From contig CAWGVS010000005.1 in assembly GCA_963826115.1 (NCBI GenBank), forward strand, positions 1,440,001 through 1,504,000: DNA of 64,000 nt, read 5' to 3'. The notes beneath the pieces are model-generated. The model was not told the origin of the DNA. It saw only the letters and a program-made list of their open reading frames with translations, and did not search any database. Of this stretch, positions 48,966 through 58,729 are shown one piece after another (the stretch's first letter is position 1; each line of letters begins with the position of its first letter). This DNA comes from an uncultured Candidatus Rokubacteria bacterium. GTDB lineage: Bacteria > Methylomirabilota > Methylomirabilia > Rokubacteriales > DASRDR01. The translations under genes and the position numbers were made by a program.

Positions 48966-51209
48966 TTGGGCCGCTCCCTGGGCGTCGGCGCGCTCTCCGC
49001 CGCGGCCGGCCTCCTGTTCCTGGCCCTCCCCCTCGGCGCGACCCTGGAGGAGTCCGTCGGGCTGAGCCTCCTCTTCAAGCTCCGGGGCACCCGACCACCT
49101 CCGCCCGAGGTCCTGATCGTCGCGATCGACCGCCCGGCCGCCGAGGCGCTGGGCCTCCCGACGAACGTCAACCGGTGGCCGCGGGTCCAGCATGCCGAGC
49201 TCGTCGACGCCCTCCGCCGGGGCGGGGCCGCGGCGATCGTCTTCGACATCGTGTTCGACGAACCCGGGAGCGCCCTCGACGACCGCATCTTCGCGGACGC
49301 GGTGCGTCGGGCCGGCACGGTGGTCCTCGCCCAGCAGCTCATGCAGGAGAAGGTGTCGCCGCCGGGCCGGGACCTGCGGGGCCCGACCGACTCGTTCCAC
49401 GTCGAGCGTCTCGCCTCCCCCCTGCCCGCGCTGACCGAGGCCGCGGCGGGCCTCGCGCCCTTCCCGCTGCCCAAGGTGCCCGTGCAGGTGAGCCGCTACT
49501 GGACCTTCAAGGCGGGCGCGGGCAACGCCCCGAGTCTGCCCGTCGTGGCGTTCCACGTCTTTTCGGTCGAGGCTCACGGGCCGTTCGTGTCACTGCTCAA
49601 GGCGGCGGGCGCGCACCCTCCGGAGGAGCCGTCGCCGAGCGCCAGCACCCCCCCGCGGTCCGGCACGGAGCAGGTCGTCCGCGGGCTGCGCGAGGCGGTC
49701 GAGCAGGATCCCGCCGTCCGGAGCCGCCTGGCCGATGCACGGGCCCGCGCATCGAGCTCCGGCGCGGATCCGCGGGCACAGCGTCTGGTCGAGCGCCTGG
49801 CGCGGCTCTATGCGGGGCCGGACGCTCCGTATCTCGACTTCTACGGTCCCCCGCGCACGATCCTCACAGTCCCCTACGATCGAGCGCTCGCCCGGCTGGC
49901 CGGACAGGAAGGGGGGCTCGACGTCCGCGGCAAGGCCGTGTTCGTCGGGCTCTCGTCCTACTCCGGCGCCGAGCAGCGCGACGGCGTCAACACCGTCTTC
50001 TCGGAGGCGAACGGCCTCGATCTGAGCGGCGTCGAGGTCGCAGCGACCGCGTTCGCGAACATCGTCGAGGCGCGGGCCGTCGAGCCCCCATCGACCGGCG
50101 CCGAGGTTCTCCTCGCCATCGCGTGGGGCCTCGCGCTCGGGTTCCTCGCCTGGCGGCTGCCGGTGCTCGCCTCGGCGGTGCTCCTGCCGCTCGCCGGGTT
50201 CCTGTACCTCGGCATCGCGCGGAGCCGGTTCACGGTCACGGGCCTGTGGCTGCCACTGATCGGGCCGCTCGTCGTCCAGATCGGGACCGCCGTGGCCGCG
50301 GCCGCCCTCTGGAAGCACCGCGACACGCGGCGCGAGCGCGAGCACCTGTCGACCGCGCTCGCGCACTACCTACCGCCGAAGATCGCGGAGGAGCTCGCGC
50401 GCGAGATCGGCGACGTCCGCGCCACCGACCAGCTCGTCCACGGCACGTGCCTCTCGACGGACGCTCACCAGTACACCGCCCTCTCCGAAACCATGGAGCC
50501 GGCCGAGCTCAGCGCGTTCATGAACCGCTACTACGCGGTGCTGTTCGAGCCCGTGAAGCGGCATGGCGGCCTGGTCCAGGACGTGGTGGGCGACTCCATG
50601 CTCGCCGTCTGGGCGACCACCGATCCCGACCGGTCACTCCGAAGCCGCGCGTGCCTCGCCGCGCTCGACATCGTGACGGCCGTGGACCGCTTCAACGAGG
50701 CGTCGGGCCGGCTGGCCCTCCCGACCCGGATCGGGCTCCACTCCGGACGACTCCTCCTCGGCACCGTGGGTGCGATGGACCACTACGAGTACCGGGCGGT
50801 CGGCGACATCGTGAACACGGCCACGCGCCTCGAGGGGCTCAACAAGCACCTGGGTACCCGGCTGCTCGTGAGCGGTGACGTCCTGGAAGGCCTGGAAGGA
50901 CTGATAACTCGCGAGCTTGGGTCCTTCCTCCTCGCAGGCAAGTCGAAGCCGGTCGTGGTCCACGAGCTGGTCATGCGGACCGGAGAGTCCTCGCCGTCGG
51001 AGCGGGAGCGCTGTGTTATCTTTGCCGCGGCCCTCGACGCGTACCGGCGGGGGGCCTGGCCGGAGGCCATGGGGCTCTGGGGCGACGCGCTCCGCGCGTA
51101 CGGAGGCCAGGATGGGCCAAGCGGCTTCTACCTCCGGTTGTGCGAAAGCCACGCGGCGTCGCCGCCGCCGGCCGACTGGAACGGCGTCGTCCGGATGGAC
51201 CAGAAGTAG
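48966..51209 (+). CDS. CHASE2-domain class III nucleotidyl cyclase
   Basis: IVAID, WPR, FDIVF and SGVE (CHASE2); three TMs; TDA, VGD, RIGLHSG, GDIVNTATRLE; DWNGV tail; TTG start uncertain. Confidence 0.9.
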   Translation: MGRSLGVGALSAAAGLLFLALPLGATLEESVGLSLLFKLRGTRPPPPEVLIVAIDRPAAEALGLPTNVNRWPRVQHAELVDALRRGGAAAIVFDIVFDEPGSALDDRIFADAVRRAGTVVLAQQLMQEKVSPPGRDLRGPTDSFHVERLASPLPALTEAAAGLAPFPLPKVPVQVSRYWTFKAGAGNAPSLPVVAFHVFSVEAHGPFVSLLKAAGAHPPEEPSPSASTPPRSGTEQVVRGLREAVEQDPAVRSRLADARARASSSGADPRAQRLVERLARLYAGPDAPYLDFYGPPRTILTVPYDRALARLAGQEGGLDVRGKAVFVGLSSYSGAEQRDGVNTVFSEANGLDLSGVEVAATAFANIVEARAVEPPSTGAEVLLAIAWGLALGFLAWRLPVLASAVLLPLAGFLYLGIARSRFTVTGLWLPLIGPLVVQIGTAVAAAALWKHRDTRREREHLSTALAHYLPPKIAEELAREIGDVRATDQLVHGTCLSTDAHQYTALSETMEPAELSAFMNRYYAVLFEPVKRHGGLVQDVVGDSMLAVWATTDPDRSLRSRACLAALDIVTAVDRFNEASGRLALPTRIGLHSGRLLLGTVGAMDHYEYRAVGDIVNTATRLEGLNKHLGTRLLVSGDVLEGLEGLITRELGSFLLAGKSKPVVVHELVMRTGESSPSERERCVIFAAALDAYRRGAWPEAMGLWGDALRAYGGQDGPSGFYLRLCESHAASPPPADWNGVVRMDQK

Positions 51210-54200
51210 GGGCGCGCCGAGCGCCCGCGGGATCGCGGCCGCCCTCGGGCTCGCGCTCCTGAGCCTCACCCCGCTGACCCTACGCGTCCCACCCGCTCAC
51301 GCCGCCGACTGTCAGGACTGGATCGCGAGGACGGTCTCCGTCCAGGGCCGCGTCGAGACGCGTCGCACCGGCGAGGCCCAGTGGTTCCCGGTGAAGCTCG
51401 AGACGCACCACTGCCCGGGCGACGCGGTCCGCCTCGGTCCCCTGAGCCGCGCGGCCCTCGTCCTCCGGGACGGCGCGGTCCTGCGGCTCGACCAGAACAC
51501 GACGATCACGTTCACGCCCCCGCCGGAGCGGACGGGCACGTGGCTCGACCTGATCACGGGCGCCGTCCACTTCTTCAGCCGGATGCCGCGCGGCCTCCGC
51601 GTCACGACGCCGTTCGTCAACGGCTCCGTCGAGGGGACCGAGTTCCTGATCGAGGTGGACGCCGCCGAGTCGCGCATCTCGGTGTGGGAGGGGCGCGTGC
51701 GCGCCGAGAACCCGCAGGGCGTTCTCGATCTCGTGGCAGGGCAGTCGGCGGCCGCCCGGGCCGGGCAAGCTCCCACGCTGCGCGGCATCGTGGTGCGGCC
51801 GACCGACGCCGTGACGTGGGCGATCTATTACCCGCCGGTCCTCGACCTCCGGCCTGACGACTTCCCCGACCGCCCGGACCAGCCGTGGCGCGCGGACCTC
51901 CAGCGCTCGATTGCCGCCGCCCAGGCAGGCGATCTCGAGCAGGCGTTCGCGAGTCTTGCCCGCGTGCCCGATCCCGCTCCCGATCCTCGCGTGGGCGCGT
52001 ACCGCGCGAGCCTCCTCCTGTCTGTCGGCCGCGTGGAGGAGGCCAAGCCGTTGATCGAGCGGATCCTCGCCCAGGATCCCGGCAACGCCGCGGCCCTCGC
52101 GCTCCGCGCGGTCGTGGCCGTCGTGGCCAACGACGGCGTGGCTGCGCTGAGGGACGCCGACGAGGCGGTCACGCGCGATCCAGCCTCGGTGTCCGCGCGG
52201 GTTGCCCAGTCCTACGCCCGGCAGGCCACGACCGACCTCGACGGCGCGCGCGCGAGCCTGGAGGAGGCGGTCCGCCTGGCCCCGCAGAGTGCGCTCGCCC
52301 GGGCCCGCCTGGCCGAGATCCTGCTCGCCCAGGGCCACGTGAACCGAGCGCGGGATGAGGCGCAGGAGGCGGTGCGTCTGGGCCCGGGCCTCGGCCGCAC
52401 GCACACGATCCTGGGCTTCGTCCACCTCGCGCGCTTCGACCCCGCTCGCGCCATCGAGGCCTTCGATTTGGCGATCCCCGGAGATCCCGCATCGCCACTG
52501 CCGCGCGTCGGCCGCGGGCTCGCGAGAATCCGACAGGGCCACCTCCAGGAAGGCCGGGAGGAGCTCGAGATCGCCGTCGGCCTGGATCCCGGGGACTCCC
52601 TCCTCAGGAGCTATCTCGGCAAGGCGTACTACGAGGAGCGGCGCCCTGGCCGTGCGGCCGTCCAGCTCGATCGGGCGACGGAGCAGGACGACAAGGACCC
52701 CACGCCGCATCTCTACAATGCCATCCTGCTCCAGAGCATCAACCGCCCGGTGGAGGCGCTCGACGCCATCGAGCGCTCGATCGAGCGGAACAACAACCGC
52801 GCGGTGTACCGATCGTCCGACCTCCTCGGGCGGGACCTCGCCACCCGAAGCGTGGGCCTCGCCCGGATCTACGACGATCTCGGATTCACGCAGCTCGCGC
52901 TGATGGAGGGGTGGCGGTCTCTGGCCGACGACCCGTCGAGCGACTCGGCGCACCGCTTCCTCGCCGACGCATACTCGGTCCTCCCGCGCCACGAGATCGC
53001 CCGAGTGAGCGAGATCCTCCAGTCTCAGCTCTACCAGCCGCTCAGCCTCCACCCCGTCCAGCCGGAGGTCGCGCTGAGCCAGTCGTTCATCCTCCGGGGC
53101 GCCGGCCCGGCCGACCCCGCGTTCAACGAGTACAACCAGCTCTTCGAGCGCAACGGGATCTCGGTCCTCGCGGGCGGCCTGGTGGGCTCGAACGACACGT
53201 TCGGGGATCAGATCCAGCTGTCCGGGCTGTACGGCCCCCTGTCGGTCAGCCTGAGCCAGCTCCACTACCAGACGGACGGCTTCCGCCCGAACAACGACCA
53301 GACGCGGGACGCCTACGACGTCTTCGCCCAGCTCGCCATCGGTCCCTCGACGAGTGTCCTGTTCGATTTCCGCTACGAGGACGCCAAGCAGGGGGACCTC
53401 CCTCTCCGCTTCGACCCCGCGAACTTCAATCCCGATATCCGGCAGGACGAAAAGACCCTGAGCGCGCGGCTGGGCTTCCGGCACGCGTTCGCGCCGGGCT
53501 CGGAGCTCATCGGGACGGCGGCCTACCTCGACGCCGAGTTCCCGACCAGGGACGTCTTCCCGGGCTTCGACCTCCACACCGACCTGAAGGGCTGGCTGGG
53601 CGAGCTCCAGTACGCCTTCCGGCACCGGCGGGTTCGGCTGATCGCCGGCACCGGCTACTTCGACGCCGACCGAGAGGACTCGTCGACCGACGCGACGGCG
53701 GGCGACCCGATCACGTTCGAGACGAAGGAAGACATTCACCACGCGAACCTGTACGTCTACACCTTGCTCAACTGGCCGGACCCGGTCACGTGGACCCTCG
53801 GCGTGAGCGGCGACTTCTACGACAGCACGCAGGCGGGGTTCTCCCGGGACCAGGTCAACCCCAAGGTGGGCGTCCAGTGGACCCCCTTCCCGAGCACCAC
53901 GGTGCGCGCTGCCTTCTTCCGGACGCTCAAGCGCCAGCTGGTCTCCAACCAGACCATCGAGCCGACCCAGGTCGCGGGGTTCAACCAGTTCTTCGACGAC
54001 GTCGACGGGACCGACGCCTGGCGCTACGGGCTCGGCATCGACCAGAAGATCGGGGCGCGCGCGGCCGTCGGCGCGGAGTTCTCGGCCCGCGACCTGAGCC
54101 TGCCGTTCGTGGACATCTCCAACCCGGAGGCGCCGGTCACCGCCCGGGCGGACTGGAGCGAGAAGTTCGTGCGCGCCTACGCGTACTGGGCGCCGTTCTC

Positions 54201-54597
54201 CTGGATGGCGCTGACCGCCGAGTACTTCTACGAGTGGTTCGACCGAGACTCGGCGTTCCCGGGGCCGGATCTGTTCACCGAGCTCCGCACGCACCGGGTC
54301 CCGCTCGGCGTCAGCTTCTTCCACCCGACTGGGTTGACCCTGCGGCTCCGGCTGACGTACATCAACCAGGAGGGGCAGTTCGTCAACATCGAGGACAACA
54401 GCACGGCGCGGGGCCAGGACTCGTTCTGGGTGGCCGACGCGTCGATTTCGTACCGTCTGCCGAAGCGCTTCGGAATCATCACGCTCGAGGGCCGCAACCT
54501 GACGAACGAGAAGTTCCGCTTCCAGGACACGGACCCCTCGAGCCCGATCGTGACCCCGGAGCGCTACATCCTGCTGAGGTTCACCTTGGCCTACTGA
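51112..54597 (+). CDS. FecR + TPR + TonB-dependent-receptor-like beta-barrel protein (NsrA-like architecture)
   Basis: Signal ending AHA; FecR motifs GDAVR, VTTP, VEGTEF; TPR helices; beta-strand region ending RFTLAY; start uncertain. Confidence 0.82.
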   Translation: MGQAASTSGCAKATRRRRRRPTGTASSGWTRSRGAPSARGIAAALGLALLSLTPLTLRVPPAHAADCQDWIARTVSVQGRVETRRTGEAQWFPVKLETHHCPGDAVRLGPLSRAALVLRDGAVLRLDQNTTITFTPPPERTGTWLDLITGAVHFFSRMPRGLRVTTPFVNGSVEGTEFLIEVDAAESRISVWEGRVRAENPQGVLDLVAGQSAAARAGQAPTLRGIVVRPTDAVTWAIYYPPVLDLRPDDFPDRPDQPWRADLQRSIAAAQAGDLEQAFASLARVPDPAPDPRVGAYRASLLLSVGRVEEAKPLIERILAQDPGNAAALALRAVVAVVANDGVAALRDADEAVTRDPASVSARVAQSYARQATTDLDGARASLEEAVRLAPQSALARARLAEILLAQGHVNRARDEAQEAVRLGPGLGRTHTILGFVHLARFDPARAIEAFDLAIPGDPASPLPRVGRGLARIRQGHLQEGREELEIAVGLDPGDSLLRSYLGKAYYEERRPGRAAVQLDRATEQDDKDPTPHLYNAILLQSINRPVEALDAIERSIERNNNRAVYRSSDLLGRDLATRSVGLARIYDDLGFTQLALMEGWRSLADDPSSDSAHRFLADAYSVLPRHEIARVSEILQSQLYQPLSLHPVQPEVALSQSFILRGAGPADPAFNEYNQLFERNGISVLAGGLVGSNDTFGDQIQLSGLYGPLSVSLSQLHYQTDGFRPNNDQTRDAYDVFAQLAIGPSTSVLFDFRYEDAKQGDLPLRFDPANFNPDIRQDEKTLSARLGFRHAFAPGSELIGTAAYLDAEFPTRDVFPGFDLHTDLKGWLGELQYAFRHRRVRLIAGTGYFDADREDSSTDATAGDPITFETKEDIHHANLYVYTLLNWPDPVTWTLGVSGDFYDSTQAGFSRDQVNPKVGVQWTPFPSTTVRAAFFRTLKRQLVSNQTIEPTQVAGFNQFFDDVDGTDAWRYGLGIDQKIGARAAVGAEFSARDLSLPFVDISNPEAPVTARADWSEKFVRAYAYWAPFSWMALTAEYFYEWFDRDSAFPGPDLFTELRTHRVPLGVSFFHPTGLTLRLRLTYINQEGQFVNIEDNSTARGQDSFWVADASISYRLPKRFGIITLEGRNLTNEKFRFQDTDPSSPIVTPERYILLRFTLAY

Positions 54598-54617
54598 CCC
54601 CTTGACAGGAGGTCCCC

Positions 54618-55016
54618 ATGAGCGCCCTCGCCCGTTCGTGTGGCCTGACGCTCGGCCTCGTGACCGCATGCCTCGCGCTCGCGGCCGGCTGCGCCGGCCG
54701 GCAGCAGGAAGCGCCTCGGACCGCCGCGCCTTCGAAGTCCCAGGCGGCGCCGAACCGGACGCTGGCCCCGCCCGGGGTGATTGTCATCCTGACCGACCAG
54801 ACCGGCGCGCTCCTCGGAGCCGTCCACTTCCCGAATCCGGTTCCCGACCCGATCACCCTCAAGAAGTCCGATTTCGTCACCCCCAAGAGCGTCGATGAGG
54901 TGGCGCCGGAGAAGGTGTTCCTGAGCCCCGGCTTCCAGGCCGTCACGATCTTCGCGATGGGGGATCCATGCCACTACGTGGTCCAGGGTGGCAAGGCCGT
55001 CGTCGTGGGGTGCTAA
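54618..55016 (+). CDS. Small lipoprotein of unknown function
   Basis: AGGAGG RBS, lipobox LAAGC, C-terminal DPCHYVVQGGKAVVVGC. Confidence 0.75.
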   Translation: MSALARSCGLTLGLVTACLALAAGCAGRQQEAPRTAAPSKSQAAPNRTLAPPGVIVILTDQTGALLGAVHFPNPVPDPITLKKSDFVTPKSVDEVAPEKVFLSPGFQAVTIFAMGDPCHYVVQGGKAVVVGC

Positions 55017-55065
55017 TGACCGGCGGGCCCGACAAGCGCCCTGACTTCCGGCCCGGGAACGTCGC

Positions 55066-55806
55066 CTAGCGAGACGCCGGATCCGGACACGGAGCGGATA
55101 GCGCCGCGATCCGCTCCGCGGTGACGGGGTGGGCGTCCTCCCAGGGCGCCCACGCCCCCACGTCGGGCTTCCGGAGGCGCTCCTCGAGGAGGCCGACCAG
55201 CGCGTGGCAGCTCGACGCCTGCGCCGCGTCCAGCAGCGTGACGGCCATGGCGTCCGCCGCTTGCTCCTCCTCGGGAAGGTACGGCGTCCCCTGCAACGCC
55301 ATCGCGGTGGTCACACCCTTCCTTGCCGTGCCGATCCCCTTCGACACCAGGCCGCCGACTCCGGGGATGAAGCCCGCGGCCTTGGAGGCCGCGCCGCTCG
55401 CCGTCTTGATGTTCTTCTCCGTCGCCTTCCGAGCGTCCGCCCGCGCCTGGCGCGCCTCGGGGTGGGAGAGCTGCATGTGGGCGATCTCGTGCGCGAGGAG
55501 CGCGCGCAGCGTCGCGGGGTCGAGCATCGTGAGCGTGGGCGCGGTGAGGACCAGCCGGACCCGGCACGGCGCGTGCGGCATGACCGCCGCGCCGATCACG
55601 TCCACGTCCACCACCCCGTACGCGGCGGCGCAACCGTCGTCCGGCCCACGCCAGAGCTTCGCGGCCGTCAGGAGCGGCTCGAACGCTCCCGACACGGCCG
55701 CCCGCTGGGGCGCCGCGAGGTCGTGCGGCTTCGGGGGACCCTGCGCGGACGCGCACGCGGTCAGGGCGGCCAGCGCCGCAGCAAGGGCGAGCGCCCGCAA
55801 GCCCAT
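55066..55806 (-). CDS. M48-like zinc metallopeptidase lipoprotein
   Basis: Lipobox LTAC, HEIAH, EQAAD, HPVTAERI. Confidence 0.8.
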   Translation of the reverse strand: MGLRALALAAALAALTACASAQGPPKPHDLAAPQRAAVSGAFEPLLTAAKLWRGPDDGCAAAYGVVDVDVIGAAVMPHAPCRVRLVLTAPTLTMLDPATLRALLAHEIAHMQLSHPEARQARADARKATEKNIKTASGAASKAAGFIPGVGGLVSKGIGTARKGVTTAMALQGTPYLPEEEQAADAMAVTLLDAAQASSCHALVGLLEERLRKPDVGAWAPWEDAHPVTAERIAALSAPCPDPASR

Positions 55807-55868
55807 GACGCGTCCACCCTAGCAGCGCCTTCCGCGACTCGCAACGCGAGCGCGGCGGCGGGCGAGTC

Positions 55869-57827
55869 TCAGGGCTCGGGCGGGAGGAGGCGGACCTCCG
55901 CGGGCGGCCAGCGGAGCGCGAGCCGCGCTCCCGGGCGGAGCCCCGGCCTCTCCGCCCGGCGCGGCCGGGTCACCGTGACCCGCTCGCCGCCGTCGAGTCG
56001 CACCCGGAGACGCTCCACGGGCCCCGGGTCGGCGAGGTCCTCGACGACGCCTCCGAGCGCGCCGTCGCCGGGCGCGTCCGCGTCGTGGATCACCGCCGCG
56101 TCGGGACGAAGCAGCACGAGGACGCGCGCGCCAGGCCGGGCGGCCGTCCCGGCCGCCCCGAGCGACTGGCCGCCCGCGGTCCGGACGACGACGCGCTCGC
56201 CCTCCACCTCCACGACCACCGCTTCGAGGAGGCTCGACTCCCCGACGAACCCCGCGACGAATGCGCTGGCCGGCCGATCGTAGAGCTCGCGCGGCGCCGC
56301 CATCTGCTCGATTCGGCCCGCGCGCATGACGGCAACCCGGTCGGAGACGTCCATCGCCTCGTCCTGGTCGTGGGTCACGAGGACCACGGTGATGCCGAGC
56401 GATCGGTGGAGGTCGCGGAGCTCTGCCCGCAGTGCTTCTCGGAGGGCGCGGTCGAGGGCGCCGAACGGCTCGTCCATCAGGAGGACGCGCGGCCGGAAGA
56501 CCAGTGCGCGGGCGAGCGCGATCCGTTGCTGCTGGCCGCCCGACAGCTGGCGAGGCAGCCGATCGCCGTGACCGGGCAGGCGGACGAGATCGAGCATCGC
56601 GGTCACCTGCTCGTCCACCTCGCGGGCGGCAAGCCCTCGGACTCGGAGCGGGAACGCCACGTTCTCCCGGGCCGTGAGGTGCGGGAAGAGGGCGTAGTCC
56701 TGGAACACCATGCCGACCTCGCGGCGGTGCGGCGGCCGCGCCGCCACGTCCGCGCCGTCGATCAGGATGCGGCCGGCGTCGGGCGCCTCGAAGCCGGCGA
56801 CCAAATTCAGCACCGTGGTCTTGCCGCAGCCCGACGGCCCGAGGAGGGTCAGGAGCTCGCCGGCCTCGACCGCGAGCGTGAGGCCATCGACGGCGGTCAC
56901 CGTGCCGAAGCGCTTCGCAAGGCCGACGAGCTCGAGTCGGGCGCCGCCGGCAACTCCGCCCGGCGCGAGTCCGATCCGCGCGGCGGCCTGGCCCGGCGCC
57001 GGGACGGCCGGACGCTCCGCCGCCGCGTCGGGCTTCCCTTTCTCCCCGCGCCCGCCGGCCGCCAGGCGGGCGACCAAGGCCAGGAGGCCGAGCGCCACGA
57101 CCATCTGGAGCGTCGCCACCGCGGTCAGGAGCGGGTCGAACTCGTCCTGCGTGATCGTGCTCCACATCTTCCGCGGTAGCGTCGTGGCCGTGGGGCCGCC
57201 GACGAACAGCGCGACAACCACCTCGTCGAGAGAGACGATTGCCGCGAAGAGCATGCCCGCCAGAAGGCCGCGCCGGACGAGCGGCAGCGTGACCCGCCGG
57301 AGCGCCTGCCAGCCCGTCGCCCCGAGTCCCCGCGCCGCGCGCTCGAGCCGGGGGTCGAGGCCGCGCGCGGCCGCCTCCACGCTCAGCACGACGTAGGGCG
57401 CGCCGAGGGTCGCGTGGGCGAGGACCAGCGCGACGAGCGTGCCGCCGAGGCCCACCGCGGCGAAGGCGGCGTAGAGCGCGATGGCAACCAGCACGACCGG
57501 CACCATGATCGGCAGGAGAACCGCCGCGCGGATCGCCCGCCGGAGGCCGGGCCGCCCGGCGCCACGGCCGAGAGCGAGCCCCGCCGGCAAGCCGAGGAGC
57601 GCCGCGAGACCCGCGGCGAGCCCCGCCACCGTGGCGCTGGTGGCCGCCGCCTCGCGCCACTCCCGGTCGGCGAGCACGCGACCGTACCATTCGAGCGTCA
57701 GCGCGTCGGGCGGGAACGCGAGCCACGAGGTCCGGGCAAACGACATCGGCACGAGGGCGAGGATCGGGAGCAGCAGGAACGCGAGGCCAAGCCCCGCGGC
57801 GCTCCCCATCGCCATCCGGAACGGCAT
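55869..57827 (-). CDS. Fused ABC permease (PotC-like) and ATPase (PotA-like)
   Basis: TMs with EAA loop, then GPSGCGKT, LSGGQQQR, MDEPF, VTHDQ in one frame. Confidence 0.9.
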   Translation of the reverse strand: MPFRMAMGSAAGLGLAFLLLPILALVPMSFARTSWLAFPPDALTLEWYGRVLADREWREAAATSATVAGLAAGLAALLGLPAGLALGRGAGRPGLRRAIRAAVLLPIMVPVVLVAIALYAAFAAVGLGGTLVALVLAHATLGAPYVVLSVEAAARGLDPRLERAARGLGATGWQALRRVTLPLVRRGLLAGMLFAAIVSLDEVVVALFVGGPTATTLPRKMWSTITQDEFDPLLTAVATLQMVVALGLLALVARLAAGGRGEKGKPDAAAERPAVPAPGQAAARIGLAPGGVAGGARLELVGLAKRFGTVTAVDGLTLAVEAGELLTLLGPSGCGKTTVLNLVAGFEAPDAGRILIDGADVAARPPHRREVGMVFQDYALFPHLTARENVAFPLRVRGLAAREVDEQVTAMLDLVRLPGHGDRLPRQLSGGQQQRIALARALVFRPRVLLMDEPFGALDRALREALRAELRDLHRSLGITVVLVTHDQDEAMDVSDRVAVMRAGRIEQMAAPRELYDRPASAFVAGFVGESSLLEAVVVEVEGERVVVRTAGGQSLGAAGTAARPGARVLVLLRPDAAVIHDADAPGDGALGGVVEDLADPGPVERLRVRLDGGERVTVTRPRRAERPGLRPGARLALRWPPAEVRLLPPEP

Positions 57828-57828
57828 G

Positions 57829-58686
57829 TCAGCGCCGCCCCGCGCCGACGAGCGTCTCGAGCCGGAGTGCGCGCTGGGCCGGCACGAGCGCGACGACGGT
57901 CGCCAAGATCAGCACGAGCCCGAGCGCGGAGGCGAGCGGCCAGTCCTGGGTCTGGCTCACGTGCGCCTCGACCAGCATCGCGAGCGTCGTCACCTTCCCG
58001 CCCCCGAGGAGCGCCGGCGTGATGAAGAACCCGAGCGCGACCACGAACAGGAGGAGACTCCCCGCCCCCACCCCGGTCCGCGAGAGGGGCCACCAGACCC
58101 GGCGGAACGCCTGCCACTCGGTCGCCCCGAGCCCCGCGGCCGCGCGAAGGAGCCCGGGATCGATCGCGCGCATCGCGCCGTAGAGCGACAGGATCATGTA
58201 CGGGAGCAGCACGTGGACCATCCCGACGTGGACCCCGATCTCGTTGTAGACGAGCGGCACGGGCTCGCGCGTGAGACCGAGCGCCATGAGGAGGCGGTTG
58301 ACCGCCCCCTGGCGCTGGAGCAGCACCATCCAGGTGAAGCTCCGCGCGAGCACGCTGATCCAGAAGGGCGCGACGACCAGCGCCAGCAGGAGCTGCCCCC
58401 GCCAGCCTCGGGCCCGGGCGAGAAGGTACGCCACCGGGTACCCGAGGACGAGGCACAGGACGGTCACGGTCGCGCTCAGCCGGAACGTCCGGAGGAGCGC
58501 GTCACGGTAGAGCGGCGTGGCGACGAGGTCCCGCCACGGCGAGCTCGAGGGCGCGGTCGGCGCCGTCCCGGGCGCGAGGCTCCACACGAGCACGCGCGCG
58601 ATCGGTCCCACGAAGACGACAGCGAGGAAGACGAGGAGCGGCACGACGGGCCAGAGCGCCCGGCGGGTCGCGCTCCAGGGTGTCAT
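57829..58686 (-). CDS. ABC permease (PotB-like)
   Basis: LGYPVAY, PFWIS, AAAGLGA, FITPALLGG. Confidence 0.92.
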   Translation of the reverse strand: MTPWSATRRALWPVVPLLVFLAVVFVGPIARVLVWSLAPGTAPTAPSSSPWRDLVATPLYRDALLRTFRLSATVTVLCLVLGYPVAYLLARARGWRGQLLLALVVAPFWISVLARSFTWMVLLQRQGAVNRLLMALGLTREPVPLVYNEIGVHVGMVHVLLPYMILSLYGAMRAIDPGLLRAAAGLGATEWQAFRRVWWPLSRTGVGAGSLLLFVVALGFFITPALLGGGKVTTLAMLVEAHVSQTQDWPLASALGLVLILATVVALVPAQRALRLETLVGAGRR

Positions 58687-58729
58687 GTGCCCCGCGGGGT
58701 CTCCCCGGCGCGGCCCGAGGCGCCGGGCC

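Noticed and set aside
48966-51209. Cyclase as a Pycsar/CBASS defence system
   Set aside because: Membrane CHASE2 sensor architecture, with no cNMP-binding TIR/TM effector or defence-island context
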